64,000 nt of DNA from Haliotis rubra (taxonomy: Eukaryota), in the NCBI RefSeq assembly GCF_003918875.1, contig NW_025767451.1, positions 186,001 through 250,000 on the forward strand, in the 5' to 3' direction. How positions within the stretch are numbered: position 1 is the stretch's first letter; the number at the start of each line of letters is the position of its first letter. Under the pieces are notes generated by a model. It was not told the DNA's origin. It did no database searches and saw nothing but the letters and a program-made list of their open reading frames with translations. This document shows positions 1 through 14,000 of the stretch, in pieces. The position numbers were made by a program, and so were the translations under genes.

Positions 1-3000
1 TGTTCAACACCTGGTGTTATAGCCAGTGTGGATCGAGCACTCTCACTTGTCCTATACTCTTTGTGAGAGATGACTTATATACAGTGTATTTTGTAGTTAC
101 TTTACTATATAGATAGTTACTGTTTGCATTTTTAAATTTTGGTTATAGTTTTGAATTGTTTTAATCAAGGAAGTACTGCAATATGTTTGATTTTATAAGG
201 CATAAAGTGTTTAGCAGTTGTGGATAATGTGTAAATCAGCAGAGTATAATGTGCATGCAATTCTTTATGCTTATGACTCCATAAATACAAAACCATATCG
301 TAACATTCGATTTTCACTTGTCTCAGACTAATGGACGAGTGTCTTTGTCTAACCTTACATTCCAACAGAGAAAATTTGAGAAATTGTGAGTCAAAATAGA
401 ATAATCCCAAAGTATTACACTTTTTGAAGTAATTTATATACACAAAACAGAAAGGAACTGGAAGTTATTTTAAAACATCATATGACATACAGTGAGACTT
501 TGAATACCAGGACCTGTTTAGATCTCGTAAGATAATATTGCATTCTTGTGTCCAGATGGTTTACCACCCATGGTAGTTCCATTGTTCACCGTCTCAGTAA
601 GCACAATGTGTTTTGTATATATACATTGACTATATTAACTTACGAGGTAGCTATTATCTGTGGTCATGTTAGCAAATGGTGAATGGGCATTTGGGGATGG
701 CTTGTTTAATGGAGAAAGTTTTCACAGAATACTTTTAAATTAAATAAAGGCCATAGAAGTTAAATGTTTTCAGGTAACAGTTTTCATGCAATATTATACA
801 GCTATAGGTGAGGCAGTTATGGAAATTGTCACAAAAATAAAAGTATGTTTATGAAATATGTAATTTATTTCAGTTGTATAGAACCAATAAAACTTATTAG
901 CAATAATGGTGTTTGTCTGTTAGAGAGTTCTGTTAGTAAAGGTTTTGCACAGGTATTATGTGAAATGTTAGTAGTGAATTTGTGAATATATTACAGGTTA
1001 CACATGCAAGTAATGTAGTGTGGCATTCAGTATATCTGCTCACTGTAGGCACAACACAAAATGTACACTTGTGTCACAAGGTTCTTAATTCTTTATATCT
1101 GATGATGTATTATCAAAAATTGGCTGAAATATTCTCTTGTTTTGCAGAACGCATCAGTTCATAATATCATTTATACTTTAAATTTGTGGCAAGACTTCAG
1201 TGAAAATGTAACCCTTACATTACAGATTTTTAACTGTACACAAGAGGCCTGAGATATGTTCAGTGGTGAAAACTTGGTCTGGGATATGTTTTGTAGAGAT
1301 GTCCGTCCTGTTGTGTGGTTATGTCAGTGTCCAGCTGATAATGTAAACTCAGAGTGTCACAGAGTGCCACAGAGTGCCTTATAGAGTGCAATCTCACTTT
1401 TCTATTGATATTGAATAATTGGGACAAGTCAGACATGCTGCTGAACTTTGTCACCTTGAAGCATGTGTTGACAGAACCTGCAGTTGCCACTAGTAACCTT
1501 TGGTTCCTTCATTTCTACTGGCCCCTGTACATGTATCGCATAGCAGAGGGCATATCATTGATGCTTATGTCGGAGATGCAACCCCCTCTGCACTGCTGTA
1601 TGACCCTCAACATATGATTTAACTAAAATTATATGTAGTTTTTGCATATGACACCTTTCAAATTTTGACTCTTGAATCTTATTGGTGTTATTTTCATAGC
1701 CTTGAATATTCCACCAACTGTTTCTCAGTCTTGCAGAGAATTTACCAAATAGGGTTTGTTGTCAGTTCAAGATGACAAAGTGCTGGTGAATGTACTGCAA
1801 GTCAGACATACGTACACAGCTTCCATGCTTGTTTTTGAGAGATGATGACTCATGCTTGTTCTGTCTCATTTATGTGACTAGTTTGTGTAATCAGTGTGAC
1901 AGTTTCTGTGTCAAGGTTTGCGCTCAGTATTTAGAGCATAATCCATACTTCACTGTGATAATGGGTATGTCTTGAATTGTTATGTTAGAAATGCAAAGTC
2001 TATTTATTGTATTTGTAAATAGTTCCAACATCGACATATACTCATGGAAACAAATAAGGGAAAAAATGAAAGTACAAGTGTTCCTTTTACATTTTTCCAT
2101 ATTTTCACTCACAGTGCAATATAAAGCATGACGAGAAACCCAGAAAAGAGTAGAGGAACACTTGCACTTTCGTGTGTTCCTTTATTTGTTTCCATGAGTA
2201 TATCATTGATTGATCCAATATCCGTCCAAGAATACCCAGTTAGTAACATGTATTTTGACCTGTGAGTTTTCTGAAATAATATGCGTACTGTTTATACATG
2301 TTTTATGTTATTACATTTGTTTTTTGTTTTTTCAACATAATGACTTGGCTGTTTTCTTTAGGTCATTGCAACTAAGGGGACTTTAAATGTAAGTCGTGTC
2401 GGCTATTGAGTTCAGCTTGTTTCTAATCAGGGCATGAACATTCAATAGTGATTAAGGCATCAGGTCAAATTCATAAACTATTTGCATCCTAAAAAGCAAT
2501 GGTCAAGCTTGTTAGTATTGTTTCAGGACCTCTGACTTTGTATCAATGTTTGTGTTTGTCCTTTGTGTTCAAGTAGACCACGTTGGCAGGTGATACTACG
2601 AAACACGTACTGCTAACGCCACCCAGACTTGCCCTGATTACCTTCCTTGGTCTGTCAGTGTCAGTGTCACTGGACATTTCATATATTAACCTAACACACT
2701 GGTCAACCGTTTTAAGGACAATTCACACATGCATCTGCTTGCCTTTACTGAGATAATGAAATGACCATGTGTGTAATATCTGTGTTCATTCAATGTGCCT
2801 TCCTTACAATGAAATCTATAAACAATCAGTTGTTGATATTGTAACTATATTTTCAAGTATTAATATTTAGCAACAATAACATTCAAAATAAATCAGGAAG
2901 AAATTAAGGACAAGATGCTTTCCCTTAGAATCATGATAGTAACAGCTGGTTTGTGGCCATACTTAGGAGCAATCAACAAGTAAATGATTTATATAAAGAA

Positions 3001-3033
3001 ACATATGTTTCAAAGAAATATCAAAACAGTATA

Positions 3034-3402
3034 CAGTGGAAGCTGTCAAAACCAGCAGTTGTCCAATCCGGCAAGTTGTCAACACCGGCATAAAATCTCA
3101 GTCCCGTCCGTGGCTAGTGCAATTGTCTTCATTTAAAAGCTCTGCAATCCGGCAGCTGTCAATTCCGGGTTGAAACTACATGGTTGCCGACAAAGACAAT
3201 TTAATCTTAGTTCAGCATGGGTATACTTGTACATGTAACTGGTGAGTTGACATGTTTTATTGTGAATCAAATGTATATGAGAGTGACAAAACTTGTTCAC
3301 TTCTAGTCGGAAATAACCGTGTCATCTGTACAATCCGGCACACTGTCTAAACCGGATTATTTCTTTAGTCCCAACGAGTGCCGGTCTAGACAGCTTCCAC
3401 TG
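3034..3402. mobile_element. Non-autonomous pogo/Tc1-mariner-type MITE
   Basis: Terminal inverted repeats CAGTGGAAGCTGTC...GACAGCTTCCACTG, flanked by TA on both sides (3032-3033, 3403-3404); internal AATCCGGCA sub-repeats; no ORF. Confidence 0.85.
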
Positions 3403-3404
3403 TA

Positions 3405-3988
3405 CAGTAGAGCACCGTTGTGTCGAACTTTGATAACTCGATAACTTGGTTGTCTCGATATAACATCTCGGTCCCGGCAAAATATATCATAATTTATCAT
3501 TATTCAAGCTCTTTTAATTCGATACGGATGTCTCGATATGGATGTCTCGATTTCTCGGCTATCTCGATATAATTTCATGGTTTCAACAAGAAAAATTACC
3601 CTTTTAACTCGATATTTGCAAATAACTCAATATTCACCTACCTTTCATGGGCAAGTATCCCTCTGAACTGAGGCTGCTTCCACACGTTTACACACGGTCC
3701 CGTCAAAGGGAAGCGGTAGTGTAAACTAATTAGGGCTAATTGAGTTGAAGATGTCACTTGTTATTTGATTAGGATTAATTAAGAAGGAATTCATTAGGAC
3801 GTACTCACTGTTACGACTAAACACTGCTGATAACGGATTATAGTTTCGAATCAAAACATACTGAGAAGCGTTTTGTTTTCTTTCATAGAGATATGTACGA
3901 TGATATGCACTGGTCGGATGTCTCGAAGTTCGGATAACTCTATATGTTTTCTTGGTCCCATGAATATCGAGACAACGGTGCTCGACTG
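3405..3988. mobile_element. Second pogo/Tc1-mariner-type MITE (different family)
   Basis: TIRs CAGTAGAGCACCGTTGTGTCGA / TCGAGACAACGGTGCTCGACTG, TA flanks (3403-3404, 3989-3990); internal TCTCGATA sub-repeats. Confidence 0.85.
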
Positions 3989-5011
3989 TATATGCTTTGA
4001 CTTTGTTGATGTAGTTGTCATTGATGATCATTGGAGAATATGTTTATTTATTGCTTGTTATTATTGAATATATTATTTACACAGGTATGTCTTTCAACTG
4101 TACCAGTCTGACTCTCTGTTTGTTGAGCTAAGTGTGATAGCTGTACAGAAATATGCCTGTACTTCACATGTACATGTAAGCATATATATTATGTCTCAGT
4201 CGGAAATACTGGGATCACTATCTACATCGTTCAATCACAGATTAATAAAAGCTTATAGTATTAAAAGCTTCAGTTTCTTTTTCTGTTACGGATGTATCAG
4301 ATAAGACCAGTTAATTTTGCTAATGTTTATATTGTCTTGGCCAGTAGAAAAAGGAAGAAAAAAGTGATCTAAGTAGCCGAAGTTCATCCTGTACAGTTTT
4401 GTGCCTTGGGTGTACCCAAAACCGATGGTCATGCACCTAATTGTTTCTTGGGTCGTAGGAGCCATATCCTTTGGTTTCACCAGAGTGGTGAACGTGCATA
4501 ACTGACATCACTTTGGGTTTTTCTTCCTTCTGGCCGTGAGGTGAGTTAGGCAGAACTAAGTATGCCTTCAACAACAACAACAACAAAATCAGTGATAATC
4601 CCTGCCGTGATGGGGAGTCAATATACCAGAGCAGACGATTACAGAAAGGAACACCGAAACATCAACCTTTTAGAATATATGAACTCCTTGATGAAAGAGG
4701 CCAACATCATTTTGAATGCAGAGGGTCATTGACGGTTTGCATTAGGCCAGTTTGTAGGTAGAATCTAATGTAAATAAATAAATGCATCCAAAAACTTGAT
4801 TGTAAAGTATATTTTACCAAGCTTTTAAAAGATTTTGTAATTTCGATTTAATTTTGATAGAGAATATTTGGTTACAGTTAACTGAATGTATGATAAATTT
4901 CATAAAATACATTAAGCAAAAAGATGAGATTTTCATGTTATTGATAGGAAATAGATGAAAGGGAGACAAGCATGTTTGGTGAAAAGTACACGAGCAAACA
5001 CCGTTTCAGTG

Positions 5012-8000
5012 TCAAGAATGTGTTTTAACAGAAAACTGAATGAGGAAGGCAGTTGATATGACAACCGAAATGATTGCATAAAGGATGAGGAAGAATCTGT
5101 CGAGGATAGATGCTATGATAAGCCAATCCTGACATTCTGAAGAGTATTCTGGAGCCTTGTCCCCTTTATGGAGTTCCAGAAGCTGTTCCATGCCCTTCAG
5201 TATCTCCCGGACAACCCCATTCTCCTCAGGGGATGCTGCAGGATTTGATGCTGCTTGATTTTCCTCCACTCTTTCTGTTTTAAGGTCCTCCTGTATAGAC
5301 AAAAGCCAAACTAGAGAACATGGAATGATTAAAACATCAAACACATCTAGGTGAAAGGAACTAAACATTTAAAGCCTAACTGAACTTATGCATAGTTTTG
5401 TTACTTAACTATGATCACTTTTTTGTAAAAATGTCGTAATGTGGTTAAAGTCGCATACATCCGTTTGTTTCCTGAGGACGTGTGGACTCTTCATAAGCAA
5501 CAGACGACCAAGCCAGTGGATGATGACAGTCCGAACCAGAGGAGGAACCTTCCAGCCCTGTCTGTTTTTTAGATGAAGTCTCTGAACAAGAACAGCCAGG
5601 ACACAAGACGTGGTCGCCAGTATGATCACCAGCACGAAGTACACGCCTACAATATAGAACACATGGTAACTGCATTGACATAGCTGTCACACGTGGGTAT
5701 AAAGTACCAGATTACACCCTGAAATAGGAATGAATTATGAAATGAGTGTTGTTTTACTCCAGTCAACGATGCGACAGATAGGTTTGTCCAGATAAAAGCA
5801 TCGGCCCCGTAGTTTCACATTGATGTGTACACAAATCTCCCAGGCCCCGTGAGGGGCGGTGGGGTAGCCTACTGGTTAAAGCGTCCGCTCGTCACGCTGA
5901 CGACCCGAGTGTGATTCCCCACATGGGTACAATGTGTGAAGCCCATTTCTGGTGTCCCCCGCCATGATATAGCTGGAATATTGCTAAAAGTGGCATAAAA
6001 CCATACTCACTCACTCACCCCAGGCCCTGTAAACAAATCGCTATTACGACAAACAACGGGTACTTGGGTCTGTTTTTTACCGGAACCCTGGCCGAGTAAT
6101 TGCCAATGACATGCACATTTCCTATTATCTATACTTACACAAAAGTGGCAATGGTTCAGAATTTGGAGGCAGAGTATCAATGGTTAGAAACAGGAACACC
6201 GTCAGGGACAGTAGCAGGGTGACCTCCAGCCCGACCTTCTCTCCCGAAGCAGGGGGGAGGAAGAACCCAAGGATCGACATAACACTGAGCAGAAAACAAG
6301 GGAAGAACAGGGTGAGCATGAAGAATGCTGGTCGTCTTTGTATGGTCACAGTGTATGTGATGGTGCTGTAGACTAAACCATTGTACAAATATGGCTTCTT
6401 CTCTGCATCCACTCCGTTGAGATACCATTCAGCATTCTCGAGATACGATGTGGTGTCCCCTGTCTGGTCGGTTATCAAGGTCACCAGGTCATCATCGTGG
6501 AGCCACAGGCCGAACTGGAGTGGACACCGCTGTTTGTCAAACGGGAAATAGGTGGTGTCTACCCCACAGAGACTGCTGACCACAGTGGGAAATCTCTGAG
6601 TTACTCTGCCGTCATTGGTTACTTTCAACTGGTGGAACTTCCGCTCCGACAGAGCGATGTTACTTCCAAACGCAGCACTACAAATAGAGTACAGACTTGT
6701 ATATTCTGTTCATTACTGAATGAATGTCTTCATTTGGCAACTGTATCCATTGTCAAAACCAAATGGGAACATTAGGGGCGATAAACATAGTGTAACGAGG
6801 ATAAAAAACATAAAGTATTGACGACAAGCATAGGTACTGGAGACGACAAGCATGGGTACTGGAGACGACAAGCATGGAGATGACAACAAGCATGGGTACT
6901 GGAGATGACAAGCATGGGTACTGGAGATGACAAGCATGGGTACTGGAGACGACAAGCATGGGTACTGGAGACGACAAGCATGGGTACTGGAGATGACAAG
7001 CATGGGTACTGGAGACGACAAGCATGGGTACTGGAGACGACACAAGCATGGGTACTGGAGGCGACAAGCATGGGTACTGGAGGCGACAAGCAGGGGGTAC
7101 TGGAGACGACAAGCATGGGTACCTGGAGACAAGCATGGGTACTGGAGATGACAAGCATGGGTACTGGAGACCTGACAAGCATGGGTACTGGAGACGACAA
7201 GCATGGGTACTGGAGGCGACAAGCATGGGTACTGGAGATGACAAGCATGGGTACTGGAGGCGACAAGCATGGGTACTGGAGGAGATACGACAAGCATGGG
7301 TAATGGAGATGACAAGCATGGGTACTGGAGACGACAAGCATCAGGTACTTGGGACGACAAGCATGGGTACTGGAGACGGCAAGCATGGGTACTGGATACA
7401 CCGAGCATGGGTACTGGAGACGACAAGCATAGGTACTGGAGACGACAAGCATACATACTGGAGATGACAAGAATGGGTACTGGAGACGACAAGCATGGGT
7501 ACTGGAGACGACAAGCATCAGGTACTTGGGACGACAAGCATGGGTACTGGAGACGACAAGCATGGGTACTGGATATGACAAGGATGGGTACTGGAGACGA
7601 CAAGCATGGGTACTGGAGACGACAACCATGGGTACTGGATATGACAAGCATGGGTACTGGAGACGACAAGCATGGGTACTGGATATGACAAGCATGGGTA
7701 CTGGAGACGACAAGCATGGGTACTGGAGACGACAAGCATCAGGTACTTGGGACGACAAGCATGGGTACTGGATATGACAAGCATGGGTACTGGAGATGAC
7801 AAGCATGGGTACTGGAGACGACAAGCATGGGTACTGGAGACGACAACCATGGGTACTGGATATGACAAGCATGGGAAATGGAGATGACAAGCATGGGTAC
7901 TGGAGATGACAAGCATGGGTACTGGAGACGACAAGCATGGGTACTGGAGACGACAAGCATGGGTACTGGAGACGACAAGCATGGGTACTGGAGACGACAA

Positions 8001-11000
8001 GCATGGGTACTGGAGACAACAAGCATAGGTACTGGATATGACAAGCATGGGTACTGGAGATGACAAGCATGGGTACTGGAGACGACAAGCATAGGTACTG
8101 GAGACGACAAGCATGGGTACTGAGAGACAAGCATGGTACAAGCATGGGTACTGGAGACGACAAGCATGGGTACTGGAGACGACAAGCATAGGTACTGGAG
8201 ACGACAAGCATAGGTACTGGAGATGACAAGCATGGGTACTGGAGACGACAAGCATGGGTACTGGAGATGACAAGCATGGGTACTGGAGATGACAAGCATG
8301 GGTACTGGAGATGACAAGCATGGGTACTGGAGATGACAAGCATGGGTACTGGAGACGACAAGCATGGGTACTGGAGACGACAAGCATGACACTGGAGACG
8401 ACAAGCATGGGTACTGGGAGACAAGCATGGTACTGGAGATGACAAGCAAGGTATGGGTACAAGCATGGGGAGATGACAAGCATGGGTACTGGAGACGACA
8501 AGCATGGTACTGGAGATGACAAGCATGGGTACTGGATGACAAGCATGAGCACAGGATGACTTGCATAGGTACTGGACACAAGCATGGGGTACTGGAGATG
8601 ACAAGCATGGGTACTGGAGAAGACAAGCATGGGTACTGGAGACGACAAGCATGGGTACTGGAGATGACAAGCATGGGTAATGGAGACGACAAGCATGGTA
8701 CTGGGAGATGACAAGAATGGGTACATGGAGACGACAAGCATGGAGGTACTGGACATCAGGTACGAAGCATGGCACTGGAGACGACAAATAGGTACATGGA
8801 GACTGGAGACGACAAGCAGGTACTGGGGGCGACAACTGGAGATGACAAGCATGGGTACTGGAGACGACAAGCATGGGTACTGGAGATGACAAGCATGGTA
8901 GCATGGGTACTGGAGATGACAAGCATGGGTACCGGAGATGACAAGCATGGGTACTGGAGATGACAAGCATGGGTACTGGAGACGACAAGCATGGGTACCG
9001 GAGATGACAAACATGGGTACTGGAGATGACAGACGCATGGGTACTGGAGATGACAAGCATGGGTACAAGCATGAATACTGGAGATGACAAGCATGTAATG
9101 GAGGATGGCTTAAGCAAATTACTGACACAGCATGAGGTACTGGAGACTGGAGACATAGGCATGTTGACAAGCATCGTAATGGGCATGGAGACAAGCATGG
9201 AGTGCTCTGGACACAAGCATAATGGGTACAAAGCATGGGTACTGGAGATGACAAGAATGGGTGCTCTGGAGATGACAAGCATGGGTACTGGAGAAGACAA
9301 GCATGAGGTACTGGGGAGATGACAAGCATGGGTACTGGAGATGACAAGCATGGGTACTGGAGATGCATGGCATAAGGTACTGGAGATGACAAGCATGGGT
9401 ACTGGAGGACAAACGCACCGGGAGACAAGCATGGGTCGGAATGGAGACTGGAAGACAAGAGATGACAAGCATGGGTACTGGAGACGACAACCATGGGTAC
9501 TGGACATGAACATGCATGAGGAGATGGAGATGAATGGCATGGGTACTGGAGATACCAAGCATGGGTAAGAGGAGGATGACAAGCATGGGTACTGGAGACG
9601 ACAAGCATGGGTGCCGGATGACAAGCATGGGTAATGGAGATGACAAGCATAGGTTACATGGAGCATGGCATGGAAAATACTGGAGGACACGACAAGAATG
9701 GATGGGTACTGGAGACGACAAGCATCAGGTAATGGATAGGACAAGCATGGGTACTGGAGATGACAAGCATGGAGACGGAGGACAAGCATGGGATGGAAAT
9801 GAAGGACAGGTATGGAGACTTGACAAGCAGGATGGAGACAGGCATGTGGTAATGGAGATGACAAGGATGACAGGCATGGAGATGGACAAGGAAGGCATGG
9901 CTAATGGATATGACAATGCATATAGGAAATGGAGATGACAAGCATGGGTACTGGAGATGACAAGCATAGGTAATGGAGATGGGACAAGCAAGGTACTGGA
10001 GGATGACAAGCATGGAGGTACTGGATGGACATGGGACTGGAGGATGACAGGACTGGAGATGACAAGAATGGGTAATGGAGATGACAAGCATGGGTAATGG
10101 AGACGACAAGCAAGGCATGGACGGAAGCATGGGTACTGGAGATGAACATGGGTACTGGAGATGAAGCATGGGTACTGGAGATGACAAGAATAATGGATGA
10201 CATGGAGCATGGAGATGGACAATGGAATGGAATGGGTAGCATGGAGACGACAAGAAAATGGGTACTGGAGACGAATGGAGATGGAGACGGTGGAGACGAA
10301 GGCATGGAGAAGGCATGGAATGGAAGGCATGGGTACTGGAGATGGACAGGCATGGAGATGGAGATGGAGCATAGGTAATGGAGGATGACAAGAAATGGAG
10401 GACATGCAAGGAACATGGAGATGATAAAAGCATGGGTACTGGAGATGACAAGCATGGGTACTGGAGACAACAAGCATGGATAATGGAAGGAATGGCATGG
10501 AATGGGTGAATGGATGTGAATGGAGATGGGTACATGGAGCATGGGAGACAAGCAAGGGACATGGAGATGACATGGCATAAGGGACTGGAGATGACAGAAA
10601 GCATGGGTACTGGAGACGACAAGCATGGTGTACTGGAGACGAAGGAAAGCATGGAGATGGACATGACAGGAATGGACGACTGGACATGACAAGCATGGAA
10701 GGACAGTATGGACATGAAGCATGGGTACTGGAATGGAGACAGACATAGGTAATGGGATGACAAGCATGGGTAATGGAGGATGACAACCATGGGGAATGGA
10801 GGATGACAAGCATGGAGATGGGGCATGGAGATGGAGGACAAGCATGGACTGGAGATGACAAACAGTGGAATGGATGGAGGAATGGAGATGACAACAATGG
10901 ATGGGTACTGGAGGATGGAGGGACAAGCATGGAGATAATGGAGATGGACATGGAAGGAAGGAATGGGAACTGGAGACGACATGGAGGACATGGAGTACAT

Positions 11001-14000
11001 GGAGATAAGGACAAGCATGGGTACTGGAGAGGACAAGGAAGGGAATGGATGGACAGAAGCATGGGTATGGAGGGATGACAAGCATGGGTAATGGAGATGA
11101 CAAGCATGGAGATGGGTACTGGAGATGACAAGCATGGGTACTGGAGGATGACAAGCATGGGTACTGGAGATGACAAGCATGGGTACTGGAGATGACAAGC
11201 ATGGGTACTGGAGACGACAAGCATGGGTACTGGATATGACAAGCATGGGTACTGGAGACGACAAGCATGGGTACTGGAGACGACAAGCATGGAGACGACA
11301 AGCATGGGTACTGGAGATGACAAGCATGGGTACTGGAGACGACAAGCATGGGTACTGGAGATGACAAGCATGGGTACTGGAGACGACAAGCATGGGTACT
11401 GGAGACGACAAGCATGGGTACTGGAGACGACAAGCATGGGTACTGGAGACGACAAGCATGGGTACTGGAGACGACAAGCATGGAGGTACTGGAGATGCAA
11501 GGGTACTGGAGACGACAAGCATGGGTACTGGATATGACAAGCATGGGTACTGGAGACGACAAGCATGGGTACTGGAGACGACAACCATGGGTACTGGAGA
11601 TGACAAGCATAGGTACTGGAGACGACAAGCATGGGTACTGGAGATGACAAGCATGGGTACTGGAGATGACAAGCATGGGTACTGGAGACGACAAGCATCA
11701 GGTACTGGAGACGACAAGCATGGGTACTGGAGATGACAAGCATGGGGTACTGGATACATGGAGACGACAAGCATGGGTACTGGAGATGACAAGCATGGGT
11801 ACTGGAGACGACAAGCATGGGTACTGGAGATGACAAGCATGGGTAATGGAGACGACAAGCATGGGTACTGGAGACGACAAGCATGGGTACTGGAGATGAC
11901 AAGCATGGGCTGGAGATGGGTACTGGAGACGACAAGCATGGGACTGGAGACGACAAGCATGGGTACTGGAGACGACAAGCATGGGTACTGGAGACGACAA
12001 GCATGGGTACTGGAGACAAGCATACTGGAGGACAAGCATGGGTACTGGAGACGACAAGCATGGGTACTGGAGATGACAAGCATGGGTACTGGAGATGACA
12101 AGCATGGGTACTGGAGACGACAAGCATGGGTACTGGAGACGACAAGCATGGGTACTGGAGATGACAAGCATGGGTACTGGAGACGACAAGCATGGGTACT
12201 GGAGACGACAAGCATGGGTACTGGAGACGACAAGCATGGGTACTGGAGACGACAAGCATGGAGACGACAAGCATGGGTACTGGAGACGACAAGCATGGGT
12301 ACTGGAGATGACAAGCATGGGTACTGGAGATGACAAGCATGGGTACTGGAGACGACAAGCATGGGTACTGGAGACGACAAGCATGGGTACTGGAGATGAC
12401 AAGCATGGGTACTGGAGACGACAAGCATGGGTACTGGAGATGACAAGCATGGGTACTGGAGACGACAAGCATAGGTACTGGAGACGACAAGCATGGGTAC
12501 TGGAGACGACAAGCATAGGTACTGGAGACGACAAGCATGGGTACTGGAGACGACAAGCATGGGTACTGGAGACGACAAGCATGGGTACTGGAGATGACAA
12601 GCATGGGTACTGGAGACGACAAGCATGGGTACTGGAGACGACAAGCATGAGGGTACAGGTGGCACAAGCATGGATACTGATACATATGATACTAGGGATG
12701 GGAAGCATGGGGTTCTAGCGAAGAGTACTACGAAATACTGAGATCACGTCATTTTGTAAGTATGCAATAACTACTACCAGTCATTTAATTCACTTACTCA
12801 TCGTAAAGGGTGAGGTCGGGAGTCCAGATAGTGTCCTGAGGGACATAGATGGCGTCAGTTCCATCGAAACGCGATGGGTTCCACTGAAGTCTATGATCAG
12901 TCCAGTTCTGCAAAACATATCATATTGCTACTAGAATCTTAAGAAATCCGCTTTTGGAGAAATCATGGAATGTGATCGGACACACAGCCCTCATTCCCCC
13001 TGGATATCTAACATGTACTTTGAACGATTATCGTTTTCGGGTGAAGCGCAGTGCAACTCAATATCAGTATATTCGTGCAGAAAACAAATATCTTACCAGG
13101 CGTATCCACAGGTTGGTTCTCAGAATCTGCTTTGTCTGGGCCTAGAAATACAGAATTTGTATAGAAAAGATCGGTACAGGACAACATCAACGCTCTGCCA
13201 CCAAGCAAACCCATCGTCCTGCTTCACACCACCATCCATGAGACCCACCATTTCACTTCGCTGTCCCGACAACCCGGCCAATCAAGACACGTCCCCCACA
13301 CCTCAATATCACACCACCTCACTACACTGCTAGACACCCTACCACCTCATAGCCTTGCCACCCTAGTATGTCGTTATCCCGCCACCCTAGTATCTCGTTA
13401 CCCCGCCACCCTAGTATCTCGTTATCCCGCCACCCTAGTATCTCGTTATCCTGCTACTCTAGGATCTCGTTATCCCGCCACCCTAGTATCTCGTTATCCT
13501 GTATCTCCCTCCACCCTAGTATCTCGTTATCCCGCCACCCTAGTATCTCGTTATCCTGCTACCCTAGGATCTCGTTATCCCTGCCACCCTAGTATCTCGT
13601 TACCCCGCAACCCTAGTATCTCGTTATACTGCCACCCTAGTATCTCGTTACCCCGCCACCCTAGTATCTCGTTATCCTGCCACCCTAGTATCTCGTTATA
13701 CTGCCACCCTAGTATCTCGTTATCCTGCCACCCTAGTATCTCGTTATCCTGCCACCCTAGTATCTCGTTATCCTGCCACCCTAGTATCTCGTTATACTGC
13801 CACCCTAGTATCTCGTTATACTGCCACCCTAGTATCTCGTTACCCCGCCACCCTAGTATCTCGTTATACTGCCACCCTAGTATCTCGTTACCCTGCCACC
13901 CTAGTATCTCGTTATACTGCCACCCTAGTATCTCGTTATACTGCCACCCTAGTATCTCGTTATCCCGCCACCCTAGTATCTCGTTATCCTCGCCACCCTA

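Noticed and set aside
1-3030. Short ORFs in the AT-rich start of the window
   Set aside because: No recognisable motifs; looks like UTR or intergenic DNA.
6713-12718. Very long ORFs (up to 1030 aa) in several frames
   Set aside because: By-products of a stop-free 22-bp satellite lying inside a well-defined intron.
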